The notes beneath the pieces were generated by a model that searched no databases, was not told the origin of the DNA, and saw only the letters and a list, made by a program, of their open reading frames with translations. A stretch of DNA of 63,821 nt, the filler included, from Folioceros fuciformis (lineage: Eukaryota): the NCBI GenBank assembly GCA_049999805.1. It is 13 parts of 13 records of this genome, joined end to end, with 100 filler letters (N's around TTAATTAATTAA, not from the genome) between each part and the next. Parts side by side here need not be neighbours in the genome. Positions count along the whole stretch, not along the records: positions 33,717 to 41,092 come from JBNGIO010004961.1; positions 41,193 to 45,887 come from JBNGIO010004962.1; positions 45,988 to 53,554 come from JBNGIO010004963.1; 10 more parts are not named here. One strand, given 5' to 3'. Made by a program: the position numbers and the translations under genes. Position 1 is the stretch's first letter. Every line of letters begins with the position of its first letter. This document shows, in pieces, positions 36,701 through 49,031 of this stretch.

Positions 36701-38731
36701 GGAGATTCCTGTTGGGAGGCAAGCTCCCAACGCTCCACCCCATGAGGAGCAAACACGAGACACTCCTGCTCACTCTCCTAATGAAGGCAGGGCCGCTCTT
36801 TACCTTCCTTGCCAGAATATACAAACCAGCGGCTGATTCCATCTACAACTTGTGAAGTCGTCCTGTTTGGATGTTCATGATCCCCTAGCCATCCTGGTAA
36901 GCAGCCAACAATTTCTGTAGTCGCCTCCTCACGTCCAAGAAGAACATCAGCCACAGGGTTGTAAACACCGGAGAGGGCTCTGTCCTACATCGTGCGCAGC
37001 AAGGAATCAACATGCTCCTTGTCCCACCTCGTCCTAGCACCCTTGCGGTGCTTCCCGTTCGGGACATGGCTAGATCTTTCCAAGGCTTCCACCTCCTTGG
37101 CTCCTGCACCTAGCGGTTGTTTATAAGCGAGAAGAGCCCCACGTTGCTTGCAGTTGCTTGGGTCTGTCTCCACCAAGTCGGAGGGCAGGATCTTCACCTG
37201 ATCCTGCTGATCCATGCCACCTTAAGCACGCAAGCACTGTTTAGGCTTTCTGTGACCACTGAGCAGCATCGCAATCCCACCGCCCGAGCTAGTTCCCCCC
37301 TCCGCAGGCCTATGGGGTCCCTTTTGCTTCACGAGTGGGGACAGGGGACGATTCGAGAGCTGCTCCTCTCCTTCCAGCACCTTAACCCATTGTGATTCAC
37401 ACCGCATGTTGCCACCAGACACAAGCACCTCCCCGTTGATTCCCTCCTCGTGTTTTCCCTTCCTTGAAGAGGAGTGAACAGTGCCTCCAGGCACTCCAGC
37501 CAACAGCGAGTCAGTCTCCCCACCAGAGAGGCGGTGCCCTGAATCCCCTCCTCCAGCCTTTGAACTCATCTTGTCTACACCTGCATGCTTCCCTGGCTGT
37601 CCTGACAGGCAGTGAACCAGCACACTAGACACGTCCTCGTGGCAAGGAGAAACACAAGTCTGCAAGGTGACCTCCTTATCACCCAACGTAGAAGACATGC
37701 CCGTCCTGCAATCTAGTCGACCTGAAGCAGATTCACAAGCGCCAGTCATGGCCTTATGGCAGGATGGGGACCGCAGAGCATCCGGCTGGAGAACTTCATG
37801 TGGTTCCTCTACACTCTTGCCACCGTGATCACCTCCCAACGTTCCGTCTCACCAAAGCCATAGGGCAACTCAGTACTGCCGCCGCCCACAGGCATTCCTC
37901 CCCCCGCCAATCCAAGGGATCCCTTCAGGTCCAGGCATGAGGCCTAGATCCAACTCGATCCCGGATTTCCACCGTCTGCTCCACCACCCCGTTGCGAGCG
38001 TCGGCATCTGCTGCCCTCGGATTCAGGAACCTCCACGTGACTTCCTTTCGTGTGTAATCCCCTCCTTAAGGAGGTGTGTGGAGCACCTCCCGGCGTTCCA
38101 ACCCACAGTAAACCAGCCGCTTCACCGGTGGGGCGGTGAACCGAAGCCTTAGCAAAGGAGAAGCTGACCTGTTTGAAGGCAGGCTTCCACTGCTCCACTC
38201 TATTGGAAGCAATCCCAAGGCCATCCTGTTCGCCTTCCAATTGAAAGGCAAACCGCTCCTTACCATCCCCACCAAAATCAGCAGACTAGCTGCTCACACT
38301 AGCACAAGTGTTGGATGTCGTCCTGTTCGGACGATCGTGCTCCTCTGGCCATCTTGACAAGTAGCTAGCATGTTCGGTGTGCTCTTGAAATCTTGTGCTC
38401 CTGATCCCTCTTCGCCCCTACGCCCTTGTATGCCTTTCCGCTCGGAACTTGCCCAGCCCACTCTGAGGCCACCACCACTTTGGCACCTTCACCTGGCCGC
38501 TGGAGTTGTGCGAGAGGTGCCCCGGGTTGCTGGCAATTGCCTGGGTCAGTCGCCTCCAATGTGGGGAGGGGGGGCATCAGCAAACCTGTTGGCCCGCTGC
38601 TTGAATTAGCCATCGCTTGCCTTCCTTTCAACACCTCTCCTAAGTCACCAACGGGGCATGTCAATAGGATCGACTCCAATCTACGTGCAAGTGTAGGAGA
38701 GGAGAGAGGGTGGTATTGGTGATCACAACCA
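33717..38731 (-). mobile_element. Family D element: 3' LTR portion (33717-34544), PPT-like tract, and ~4 kb internal region with a degenerate ORF of unknown type
   Basis: LTR homology to 17216-17707; minus-strand GAAGAAGAGGCAGT abuts TGTGAACC; no gag/pol motifs recognised; internal duplication ~36550-37200 vs ~37990-38580. Confidence 0.55.
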
Positions 38732-40572
38732 TGAAAACAATACACATCACCACTGTCTTACTATGAAGGTCTGAGGTCTCCATTTAAGTAGTACATTTAG
38801 GGCTACACAACTTCCAGGTTCAATATGGGATAATCTACACTATCCTAAGTTCACTAATAACTAGAACTAGTCTAGTATGAACCCAACTGGGATAACTAAC
38901 ACCACATGAGTTTAGCTCATATAGAGCTCGATAACTCAACACTCCCCCTCGAGCTCAACATAACATCTGTACGCCTAACATAGCTCGGAATTTCTTCAGC
39001 TTCTCTGCTCCCATTGGCTTAGTAAATATATCGGCTATCTGCTCGTCTGTGTTGACATACACAAGATCAATAGCTCCAGATAAAATCCTTTCGCGAAGAA
39101 AATGATAATGTATTTCAATGTGTTTTGTCCTGGCATGAAACATTGGGTTTCGCGCCAACTGTATGCTGCTAAGATTGTCACAGTAGATAACAACCTTGTC
39201 GTTGACCTGCAATCCAAGATCTCCGAGTAACTTACAAATCCAAGTCACTTCACACGCTGCCATTGCTGCGCCTCTGTATTCAGCTTCTGTACTAGACAAA
39301 GCCATTGTAGGCTGCTTCTTGCTACTCCATGTAATTGCTGCACTCCCAAGTGAAAAAATGAATCCACTTGTAGATCTACGATCAGTAACACTGCCTGCCC
39401 AATCTGCATCTGTGTACCCACACAGGTTTATTTCTAAATCTGCAACATAAAAGAGAGCATGATCCATAGTTGCCTTCACATAGCGCAACGTTCGCCTTAC
39501 TGCATCCAAATGTGGCTTTCTTGGCGCCTGCATAAACTGACTTTGCAATCCCACTGTATAGTTCAAATCTGGTCGGGATAGAGTGAGATATATCAAGCTA
39601 CCCACAATCTTCCTGTACATTGTTGGATCTTCAAGTGCTTCACCATCATGAGCACTGAGCTTTAGATTTTGATCCAAAGGAATCGAGATTGGCTTGCACT
39701 CAACCATACCATACTTAGTTAGTACATCCGACGCATACTTCCGCTGTGACAGCCAAATGCCTGTGTTGGTTCGTATAATTTCAATGCCCAAAATGAACCT
39801 CAGTTCACCTAGGTCCGCCATCTTGAACTCTTGTTGTAGAAGTTCCTTGATCTGCTCCACTTGATCCAACTGATTACCTCCAATGATTAGATCATCCACA
39901 TAAATGGTCACAAAGACCAGTCGTTTTGTACTTTTGCACACATACAACGAATGATCCGCATCTGCCATGTTGAATCCGATGTGAATCAGATGCTCAGCAA
40001 GACGCTCATGCCAAGCCCTCGGGGCTTGCTTCAGTCCGTACAACGTTTTTTTCAGCTTGCACACATGATTTGGATGATCCGAATCCTCATAACCTGGTGG
40101 CTGGTCCATGTATACTTCTTCCAGCAATTCTCCATGTAAAAACGCATTCTTCACATCCATATGATGTAGGACCCAACCCTTCGATGCCGCTAGTGCGATC
40201 ACGGTTCGAATTGTTGCCATTTTGGCAACTGGACTGAACGTCTCCTCAAAATCTATTCCATATGTCTGGGCATATCCCTTGGCCACAAGCCTTGCCTTGT
40301 ACCTGTTGATACTACCATCTGCGTTGTGTTTGACCTTGTACACCCATTTGCAACCTATTGGTTTCTTGCCTTCAGGTAGTTGTGCTAGGTCCCATGTTGC
40401 ATTTTGATTTAACGCATTCATTTCTTCATCCATAGCATGTTCCCACTTTGTGTCTCCAATAGCTTCTTCAAAGCTTCTTGGTTCCACATCCTGTACAACC
40501 TTTGCCATATAGGCATGGTGCCTAGCTACATAGCTATCATAGGTCAACCGCTGTATTGGAACCTTCTGCCTT
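38732..40572 (-). mobile_element. Copia 3' half: uninterrupted RT-RNase H ORF, PPT, 3' LTR 38732-38941
   Basis: HMDVKNAFLHG, YVDDLII, YTDADWAG, IADIFTK; PPT CTCCCCCTC on +; LTR shares a 30-bp block with the family B LTR. Confidence 0.93.
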
Positions 40573-41092
40573 TGTGGAGGCAAAACCCCGGGCACTGATT
40601 GCCGACGGGTCCCACCTTTAGTGGCCACACTTATCCCACTGTCGTTGAGACATTGGGTTTCGTTCCCACGAAGGAGCGATGGGGTTCCTTGCTGCTGTGG
40701 ATGGAGGGTCGGACTTGATGAACTCGATGATGGATTCGAGGGCTCCCCTCCAGCTCCGATCAGGCGTAGGACAGGCCTCGCTGTCCGGCGGTCAGCTGCA
40801 CCTCTCTCGGTGCCCACAAACTCACTCCAGTCACTACAACGACTCTAACCTCTCAGATCTGCGTCTTCCTTCACTCACTTCACTCACTCTCTCGCTCCAG
40901 CACCAACACCAGCAACTACTAGCAACCAGCAACGACACCACTACCTTGTATACTTCCCTACGGACTCCTCTTACCCGGCAAGAGTCACTAGACTAACCCC
41001 AAACAAAAGGAAGAAGGGAACACACTCCCCTCTTGGGTATCTCCTCCCCACAACCTTACCAGACACCATGAGACATGGCCGGCCTACAGCAC
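40573..41092. mobile_element. LTR family C fragment inserted in the copia pol
   Basis: Begins TGTGGAGGCAAAACCCCGGG and closely matches 44350-44850. Confidence 0.85.
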
Positions 41093-41192
41093 NNNNNNNN
41101 NNNNNNNNNNNNNNNNNNNNNNNNNNNNNNNNNNNNTTAATTAATTAANNNNNNNNNNNNNNNNNNNNNNNNNNNNNNNNNNNNNNNNNNNN

Positions 41193-41723
41193 CAAAATCC
41201 ACCAAATCTGTCACTCAAAAAGGGGTTCGCGAATAGTTTTTCCCTCTACAAAGAGCGAATGCGAAAAGGAAGCCAAAAGGAGCAGAAGCAGGAAGTGAAG
41301 CGGAGTGGAAGTGATTCAACGACTGTTAAGACGGGTAGAATGTATACAAAGAACTGGCGAGTGGGGTAAGAGAGAACAAAGCCGTGGAAACCCTGGGTTC
41401 GTGGTGAGTAATGTGTGTGGGGTGCAACGAGACGTGGTGTGTATGTGTGACTGGTCGCGATGAGACTGGAGAGGCTATGAAGAAGCTGAATTGAGACCGC
41501 AGGGGGTATATCTAACGTGTGAGGAAGGCGGGTGGAAGGCGCCCAACAGATTGCTGCTGTTCATGTGTGCGTGCGCTTGTTCCTGAGGTGAGTGAGGCGG
41601 TTTTGTGGTGAACCAAGGAAGGGAAGCGCAAAAGGGGATGCGCGGGTAGGAGGTAATTAGTCGGGGAGGAACGACCCGGTGGGAGAGAGGAAACCCTAGG
41701 GAGAGAAAACCCTAGAGAGAGGG

Positions 41724-41758
<35 letters not shown>

Positions 41759-43490
41759 TGGGACCCACAAGCAGTAGACCGTCAGGCGACCATCGCCCGA
41801 AAGCCGACAGAGGTAGCCCGAAAAGCGACGGAGGTAGTCCAGGGGGCGACGGTAGTAGTTCATTGGGGAACGAAGGGTAGCCCGGTAGGCAACCAAGAGT
41901 AGTCCAGGGGGAGGTAGTCCTTGGGGCGACTAGGTGGCTTCCCTCCAGCCTTGACTAGCGTCTACCAGGAGCCTACCACCAACCCGCCTGGCTGCTAATC
42001 CGGCCACCTTTGCTCTCGTGATCCTTGCCTAGCCGGTGCACCAGGAGCAAGGGCCCGTCCTCACCATCTTTTCCCCCAGGAACCCCGACTCGCCCTTCCC
42101 ACGCACAGTCCTAGGCTTCCACACACATCCAGACACCCTAGCCAAGGGGACCTAGACCCGTGGCCTACCGACCACACATCCCACCAAGCCCCTATCGACT
42201 CACCGTTAATCTAACCTCTAATGTAACCTAATCTTCTAACCACTCCTCTACGAATTTCAATCAGAAAACCAAAAAAAACAAACTCTGCCATTTCCTAGGG
42301 GATCTACTCGTCATGTGGACTCCACAGAAAGTCAGTTTAGGTGCAATAGTTGTATCGGCTACTTGTAGTAGCTGAAAGCACTACCGCGGTAGCTATGACT
42401 ACTACTCCAGCAGTTGTAACCACTAAGCAGCCTTACCCACTGTATGGGGAAAGGAAGGGTTATGAGGATCCTAATGACTTTGTTGAGCATTTTGAGCAGC
42501 TGACCATTGCCAACCAAGAGGTAGGAGATGCGCAACGTGTTCCGCTGTTCTACGGAGTCTTGCGTGGAGCTGCAGCCAAGTGGTACAAGCGGGAGTACCT
42601 CAAGTCGTCCACACCTCCAACCACCTTCCAAGCATTGAAGAGAAATTTCTGTGAGAGGTTTTGAGGAGTGGATGTTGAGGGATACGTCTTGTCCAAGCTC
42701 GAGGGGCTACGAAGGAAGCAAAAGGAGACGTTGCAGGCCTATGTGGAAAGATTCCATAGCTTGTGGGACCATGCTGGCCCCCATTCGGAGCGCATGGCGA
42801 TACGCTGGTTTGCTAGGGGCCTAGGCACAACGCTGGGGAAGCACGTACGACTCCGAGCTGAGAGGAATTTGGACCAAGCAATTAGGGCTGCCATGCAGGA
42901 ACTACAAAGAGTCCAATGCGAATGAGGGGAAGAAATCAAGGAAGGATGAGAGGAAGGGCTGGGGAGACAAGAAGAAATCCAAGAAGCCCACGAAGAAGTA
43001 CTCCTCGTCCTCGGATGATGATTCAACGGAGGAAGAAAGCTCTTCCCGGGAGTCCTCGGACAGCTCCATAGAGGAAGAAACCAGCGACAACTCGGAGGGA
43101 GATTCGTCGAGTGATGAGCGCAGTCGGAGGAAGAAAAAGAAGAAATCAAGAATCGAAGCGGAGTGGAAGCACCGCACCCGAAGGAAGGAGCTGGTGAAGG
43201 AAAAACAGGAGGTCGCAAGCATAAGGAAGGACGCTGAACACGTGAGGAGCGAAGTGGAGAAGGCGGCCAAGATGGAAGCGAGAATGGAGAAGATGATGGT
43301 TGAACTGGAGGAGATGATAGTGCAATTGCTGGACTATGAAGAAGGGGAGGAAGAAATGTACCTGGCTGACTGTGGGGGAAAATATTGCACCCGAGGCTGC
43401 TACAAGGTCCACACAAACCCTCTTTGTCGTTATAGCATTGGGATTCGATCCCAAGGGAATGATTTGTGTTAAGTAACACAGGTTTTCTCA
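41193..43490 (+). mobile_element. Gypsy-type LTR/leader (GA microsatellite, ~21-bp GGTAG repeats), family G insert (~41935-42326) and decayed gag (42350-43470)
   Basis: Retrotransposon gag motifs EDPNDFVEHFEQL...LRGAAAKWY...FCERF, RRKQKETLQAYVERF, WFARGL. Confidence 0.75.
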
Positions 43491-44349
43491 CAAGGTCAGT
43501 CTACTGCTCACCTGCCACCTATTCGGCTACCTCAACCTTACTACGACTTGACTACCACCGTCGCCCCTCCAACTACCTTAACCCTGGGTTACCTGATGGC
43601 TTACTCGGCTACCGGGGTTTATGCCACTCCAACTACCAACTTCCGGCTACTTCGTTACCTCTACGGCTACTGCAACACTCAACTACTCCCGTTGCTCTTC
43701 CACGACGGTCGCCCAACCAGCTACCCCGGTGGGGTCCACTCTCTCTCTCTCTTTGCTCCCTCTTTCCCTCTCTCTTCACTCTCTCTCTCTCTCTACAATT
43801 TACTCCGTGACTTACTTTTCCGGCTTATGCCTCCTGACAGGCGTGACACACTGCGACCTTCTCTCTCTCTTGCACGCGGTTGCTCCTCCCCCTACGTCCT
43901 TCCATCCACTCACGATTACTCACCGCCTCCTCCAAGACTCGAAGGTGCTTACTTCACGCACACATACACACCAACTCGCTGGCTGCGTTGGCCCCTAGCT
44001 CCTCCCGTTTTCCTCAGGACCCCTTTTTCTACGCGCGTCGGCGTATTCACACACACACACACACACACATCCACGGTTTCTCAATCAGTCCGCACACCCT
44101 CACTCACTGCCATACTCCGCTCACAACCTCAAGCCAAACTCCCACGACCACTCATGCGGCCCTGCACTTCAGTCACACATGCATATCGACTTCTCTTCCG
44201 TTCGCAGCATTCCGTCACAATATATAGTCGCGTCTCATTCTCGTCACCCCCTTACCCCATTCACTCTCTTGTCGGCCACGAACCCCTCCCCGCAGTGCAA
44301 CATACTCACCGTCCCGGTTTTACAATCCCTCAGCTCAACTTTCGTCACA
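43490..44349 (-). mobile_element. Inverted relative of the 41.2-41.9 kb LTR/leader
   Basis: CTACC repeats and CT/CA microsatellites mirror 41400-41930; ends GTCACA (TGTGAC on -). Confidence 0.55.
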
Positions 44350-45878
44350 TGTGGAGGCAAAACCCCGGGCACTGATTGCCAACGGGTTCCACCTTTAGTG
44401 GCCACACTTATCCCACTGTCGTTGAGACATTGGGTTTCGTTCCCACGAAGGAGCGATGGGGTTCCTTGCTGCTGTGGATGGAGGGTCGGACTTATGATGG
44501 ATTCGAGGGCTCCCCTCCAGCTCCGATCAGGCGTAGAACAGGCCTCGCTGTTCAGCAGTCAGCTGCACCTCTCTCAGTGCCCACAAACTCACTCCAGTCA
44601 CTACAACGACTCTAACCTCTTAGATCTGCGACTTCCCTCACACACTTCACTCACTCTCTCACTCCAACACCAACACCAGCAACTAACAATGATACCACTA
44701 CCTTCTACACTTCCCTACTGACTCCTCCTACCCGGCAAGAGTCACTAGACTAACCCCAAACAAAAGGAAGAAGGGAACACACTCCCCTCTTGGATATCTC
44801 CTCCCTACAACCTTACCAGACGCCATGAAACATGGCCGGCCTACAACACTTGTCCGAGCAAGGAACAGGAGTGGACAGGTCGAGAGAAAGACACATCCTT
44901 TACAATCAAGAGCTAGGGGCAAGCCCCTTCACCCTGGTCGTTACACCTTGTGATCCTACCAGACACTGTACGCCGGCAACACGCTACCTGCGATCCTACT
45001 AGACATTGTACAGCCGGCAACACGCGGCTTGTGATCCTACCAGATGTTGCACAGCCGGCAACACACTGCAGGTCCTAAACCAAGCAGGGACAGACCACAA
45101 GAGCCCATGAAGAGAGGACCTCCAAGAGCTCACAAAGAGATAGACTGACTCCCAAAAGTGAATGACTCCCTCCTCCTACAGGCTCACCTGATCTTATAGG
45201 AGCCTCTCTCTCTCTCTCTGACTTCACCTCTCTCTAACTTGAGAAATATTATTTTAATAGCCTAGCCGGCTGTTACCAGCCACTTATTTAGACTTCTAGC
45301 ACAACCTGCCACCAATGAGCTGGCCCTACCACCACAAGGATCTACCACCTCTTAGACTATCCTTAGACTTCAAAGGATGTCTGATCTTCAAAGATCTGCG
45401 GACGCCGCCTCTTCCATGCTGGATGGTCACCCTCTAAGTCTTCCCCTGCAACTGTTCACCCTTGGTGGCTGAGCTAGTCTCTAGGGGAGGAGCATGAGCA
45501 ATGGGAAAGATAGAGAAGAGGTGGGAAGGAGTGGGATCAGCAGTCGGAACCTGGCCTGAAAACGGTAGCTTATTCAGCGGGATCAGCTTCCAGCCGAAAT
45601 GGTTCCTCAGCCATGGAAGACTGACCTTGGGGTGCTAGGGAAGGCCTTGAACTAAGAGGAAAAGAAAGCAGGTGAAACAGAGTTGAATTGGAATTTCTGG
45701 AATTAAATCCAGAAAAATAGGGATGAAAATAGAAAAGGGGAAATTAGGAAAATAAAAATAAAAGAAATACGGGGATACGTATATGGTATACGTATTAATA
45801 CGTATCTAAATCATATAAAATACAAAAAAGGGGGGTATATGTATACGGACCGTATACGGTCTCTAAAAAAACCCTACA
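44350..45878. mobile_element. Long (~1.5 kb) LTR, family C, with internal ~41-bp x3 repeat (~44947-45066)
   Basis: TGTGG...CCCTACA termini; duplicate of 40573-41092. Confidence 0.7.
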
Positions 45879-45987
45879 TGGAGGCAANNNNNNNNNNNNN
45901 NNNNNNNNNNNNNNNNNNNNNNNNNNNNNNNTTAATTAATTAANNNNNNNNNNNNNNNNNNNNNNNNNNNNNNNNNNNNNNNNNNNN

Positions 45988-46626
45988 CCTGAGCCCCCGC
46001 TAGGGGCTGGGGGCAGAGCGCCCCTGGCCGCGGGGCTGGCAGCCCGCACGGGGCCGGGGTGCTCTATGCACCCTCTACGGCTGGGGTGTCTTGTGCACCC
46101 GTGGCTGAGTGCCCTACGCATAGACGCTCTTGGTGTTCCTAGCGATCTTGAAGCTCCCCAGACGTTGCACATAGCCCAAGATCACTCTTGCTCCTTACTG
46201 CCACTCCTTGCACGGCGGGGTTCGAGACCCTCGCACCTCATAGCCTTGAGCGTCTGTCCGCATCACCTACGGACATCACCATCTTGCTCCGCAACCTGGC
46301 TCTGATACAACTTGAAGGATCGCTAGAGGAGCATGGTGAAGGAGAAGAGAGGAGTAGGCAAGGAGAAGAGAGGAGGGGCAAGGAGCAGAGGAGAAAGAGA
46401 GGTCACACTCTCACAAAAGGTCTCTTTAAATAGCAAGGGAGCTCAAGAGGGTATTTATACCCTCTAGAAGAGCTCCCTAGGAAGCTTCACAAGAAGCGCA
46501 CAGGAAGCTGCGCAAGAAGCTTCCTACAGATTAGCTTAAACTAATCTAAACTAATGATACTTAACTAGACACTAATCTTAGACTAAACACATTAATCTAA
46601 GCACATTGGGCTTTAATAACCCTACA
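45988..46626 (-). mobile_element. Family A copia 5' LTR (46313-46626), PBS and leader, inserted in a gypsy protease
   Basis: TGAAGGATCG...CCCTACA, preceded by GCTCTGATACAA. Confidence 0.9.
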
Positions 46627-49031
46627 GATGTTATAGTTGATGGTGGTTTGTCTACTAACCTAATCAATATAGGGTGGCTTGAGGATCTTGGTTTGGCCTC
46701 TGTAAAGAGGCTAGCTTGCAATCAGGTCTTCAAAGACGCATCCAACACAAGGTTGCCTGTGGTAGGGATTGTTGAGGGCATTAAAGTGGCAGTAGAAGGT
46801 ATAAAGGTATACATGGGATTTACAATTGTGGAATTACTAGAACCAGCATACGGGGTCATCTTGGGTCAGCCCTAGCTTGAATTGGTGAAGCCTAATCATC
46901 ACTAGAACACAAGGGTTTTGGAAACCAGGCCAACCACCCATTGTGTCCAGATCAAAGCATGGCAGCCAGAGGAATTCAACATGTCTAGCAACAATTCAGA
47001 TTAAAGTTCAGAGACTTTTGTATATGAAGAGAGTGGATTAGACCAGGAGGTGGACTTCACTAGTGAACACTTCAACAGCGAGTGAGAGATGTTGCACATT
47101 TTGTCCATACGCATGGCTCAAGATAAGCTCAAACCTGCTTTCAGCGTCAAGCATCCACAGTTGAAGGACTTGAACTTTCATGCTGCTAACAATATTGGAA
47201 AAGTGGTTAACGTGGGTGTAGGAGTTAAGGGTGAAGAGATGGAGAAATATCAAGCCCTTTTCACCAAGTTTGAACATCTATTTATCACTGGCCACCAGGA
47301 GATGCCACAAACTTGACCAAGTTTAAGACTGACATTCTTGCTGATACCAAGCCCAAGATAAAAAAAATTTGTCAACTCTCATGATCACCCAAGCACATGA
47401 ATGAGGTACGACAGGAAGTCATGAGGTTAAAAGTTGTAGGTTGTATTGGGAAAGTTCAGTATCCGATCATGATACTGAACTTTCCCAATACAACCTAGTT
47501 GCTGCCTGGTGTGCAAGTAAATGTCATAAAAACTTCTTCCATGACGTTTTTGTTTTATGTCACAAATATGTTTACATTTACACAAAGCAAAAGCATCATA
47601 AGAACTCTAAAAACCACATTCCCCCATCGTATGTTGTGGCATACATAGGGGCTAAAAGTAGTAGTGTGAATGGGTGTCTCCAATAGTGATGTCAATGACG
47701 AAGAATGGCAAAATTCGTACATGTGTTTACTTTAGGGAGCTTAACAAAGCCACCAAGAAGGATAAGTTCCTTTTACCACATGTGGATGAAATATTGGATG
47801 AGGTATGAGGCTATGAGATGTATTCCTTCTGTGATGGGTATTCAAGTTTCCATCAAGTTGCGATCTCGGAGGAAGATTAGCTAGAAACAACATTCGTAAA
47901 GCCGTACGGTGTTTTCATGTCTAAGATGATGCCTAAGATCAGTCGCAAACAACATTCGTATTTCCGCGGGGTGTTTTCATGTCTAAGGTGATGCCTAAGA
48001 TCAGTCGGAAACAACATTCGTATTTCCGTGGGGTGTTTTCATGTCTAAGGTGATGCCTTTTGGTCTTTGTAATGCACCTTCTTGTTTCCCACGGGTCATG
48101 GTTGAAGTATTGGGAACTACAATAGGGAGATTTCTTAGAGTTTTCCTCGCTGACTTCGTAGTCTTTGGAAATAGGATTGAACATCCCAAGCTCTTAGAGG
48201 AGGTGTTCTTGAGACTCACAATGTCAACATAGGTCCCAACCCAAAGAAGTGTGTCTTTGTTGAAATTGAAGGAGAGCTTCTTCACTTCATGGTAAATTTA
48301 GAGGGTGTCCATGCGGAACCTAAGAAGGTATAGAAATTCCTAGCTAGACCCACCTCCGCAACTGTGGAGGAGGTCAGGTCATTTGTATAGGCAGCAAGTT
48401 TTTATAAGAGGTTGCTTCTTGTCTTCACTAAAATTGCAACACCATTGTACAAGTTGATTAGGAAAGATACAGGCCTTTTAGAATGGAGTGGAACATGCAT
48501 ATAGACAACTCAAAGACTTGATGACATAAGCTCAAGTCATGAGACTGCCAAACTAGGACAAGACTTTCTTCATCAGTATTGAGGTGACTAAGACCTCGCT
48601 TGAGTACAATCTGTTTTAGAAGGATGATGAGACAAAGTTGTACTTCCTAATCTACTTTGTAGGAATGCTCATGACTAGTTGTGAGTCAAGGTATAATTTT
48701 GTGGAGAAGGTTATAGTAGGGATGGTTACAATTGTAAAAAAGTTCCATCATTACATAGCCTCTAGGAAGTTCGCTTTCTTCGTTACCTTCCATCATTAAA
48801 TAGCCTCTAGGAAGTTCGTTTTCTTCGTTACCTTGCACGCTACAAGGTATTTGATGATGATACCAAACCCATTTGGACGTTTTGCTAAATGGCTATGTGT
48901 TCTTTTTGGATATGATTTTGATGTGCAAGTAAAGACATTGAAATTTCGGAAATTTGAGGCATGCTTGTGTGGCTATCATTGTGAGGAGGTTGCAATGATA
49001 CTAAACCTTCTGACATAGAACACAAAAAGAA
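46627..49031 (+). mobile_element. Heavily decayed Ty3/gypsy pol (protease-RT-RNase H)
   Basis: VIVDGGLSTNLI...YGVILGQP; EWVSPIV; RELNKATKKDKF; MPFGLCNAPSCF; RFAKWL. Many stops. Confidence 0.88.

Noticed and set aside
34545-38731. LINE element
   Set aside because: No APE endonuclease, YADD-type RT motif or poly(A) tail was found.
38955-40817. 620-aa ORF with a novel N-terminus
   Set aside because: The first ~80 codons come from the family C LTR inserted at 40573; the rest is ordinary copia RT-RNase H.
42739-44721. Long ORFs 42739-43491, 43548-44375 and 44179-44721 as genes
   Set aside because: They are antisense shadows of gag or low-complexity LTR/microsatellite sequence with no recognisable domains.
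29146-46631. Family A LTRs at 29151 and 46313 as two ends of one insertion
   Set aside because: The flanks (AGATG vs GATGT) are not a matching TSD, the right flank is a different gypsy protease, and three linkers intervene.
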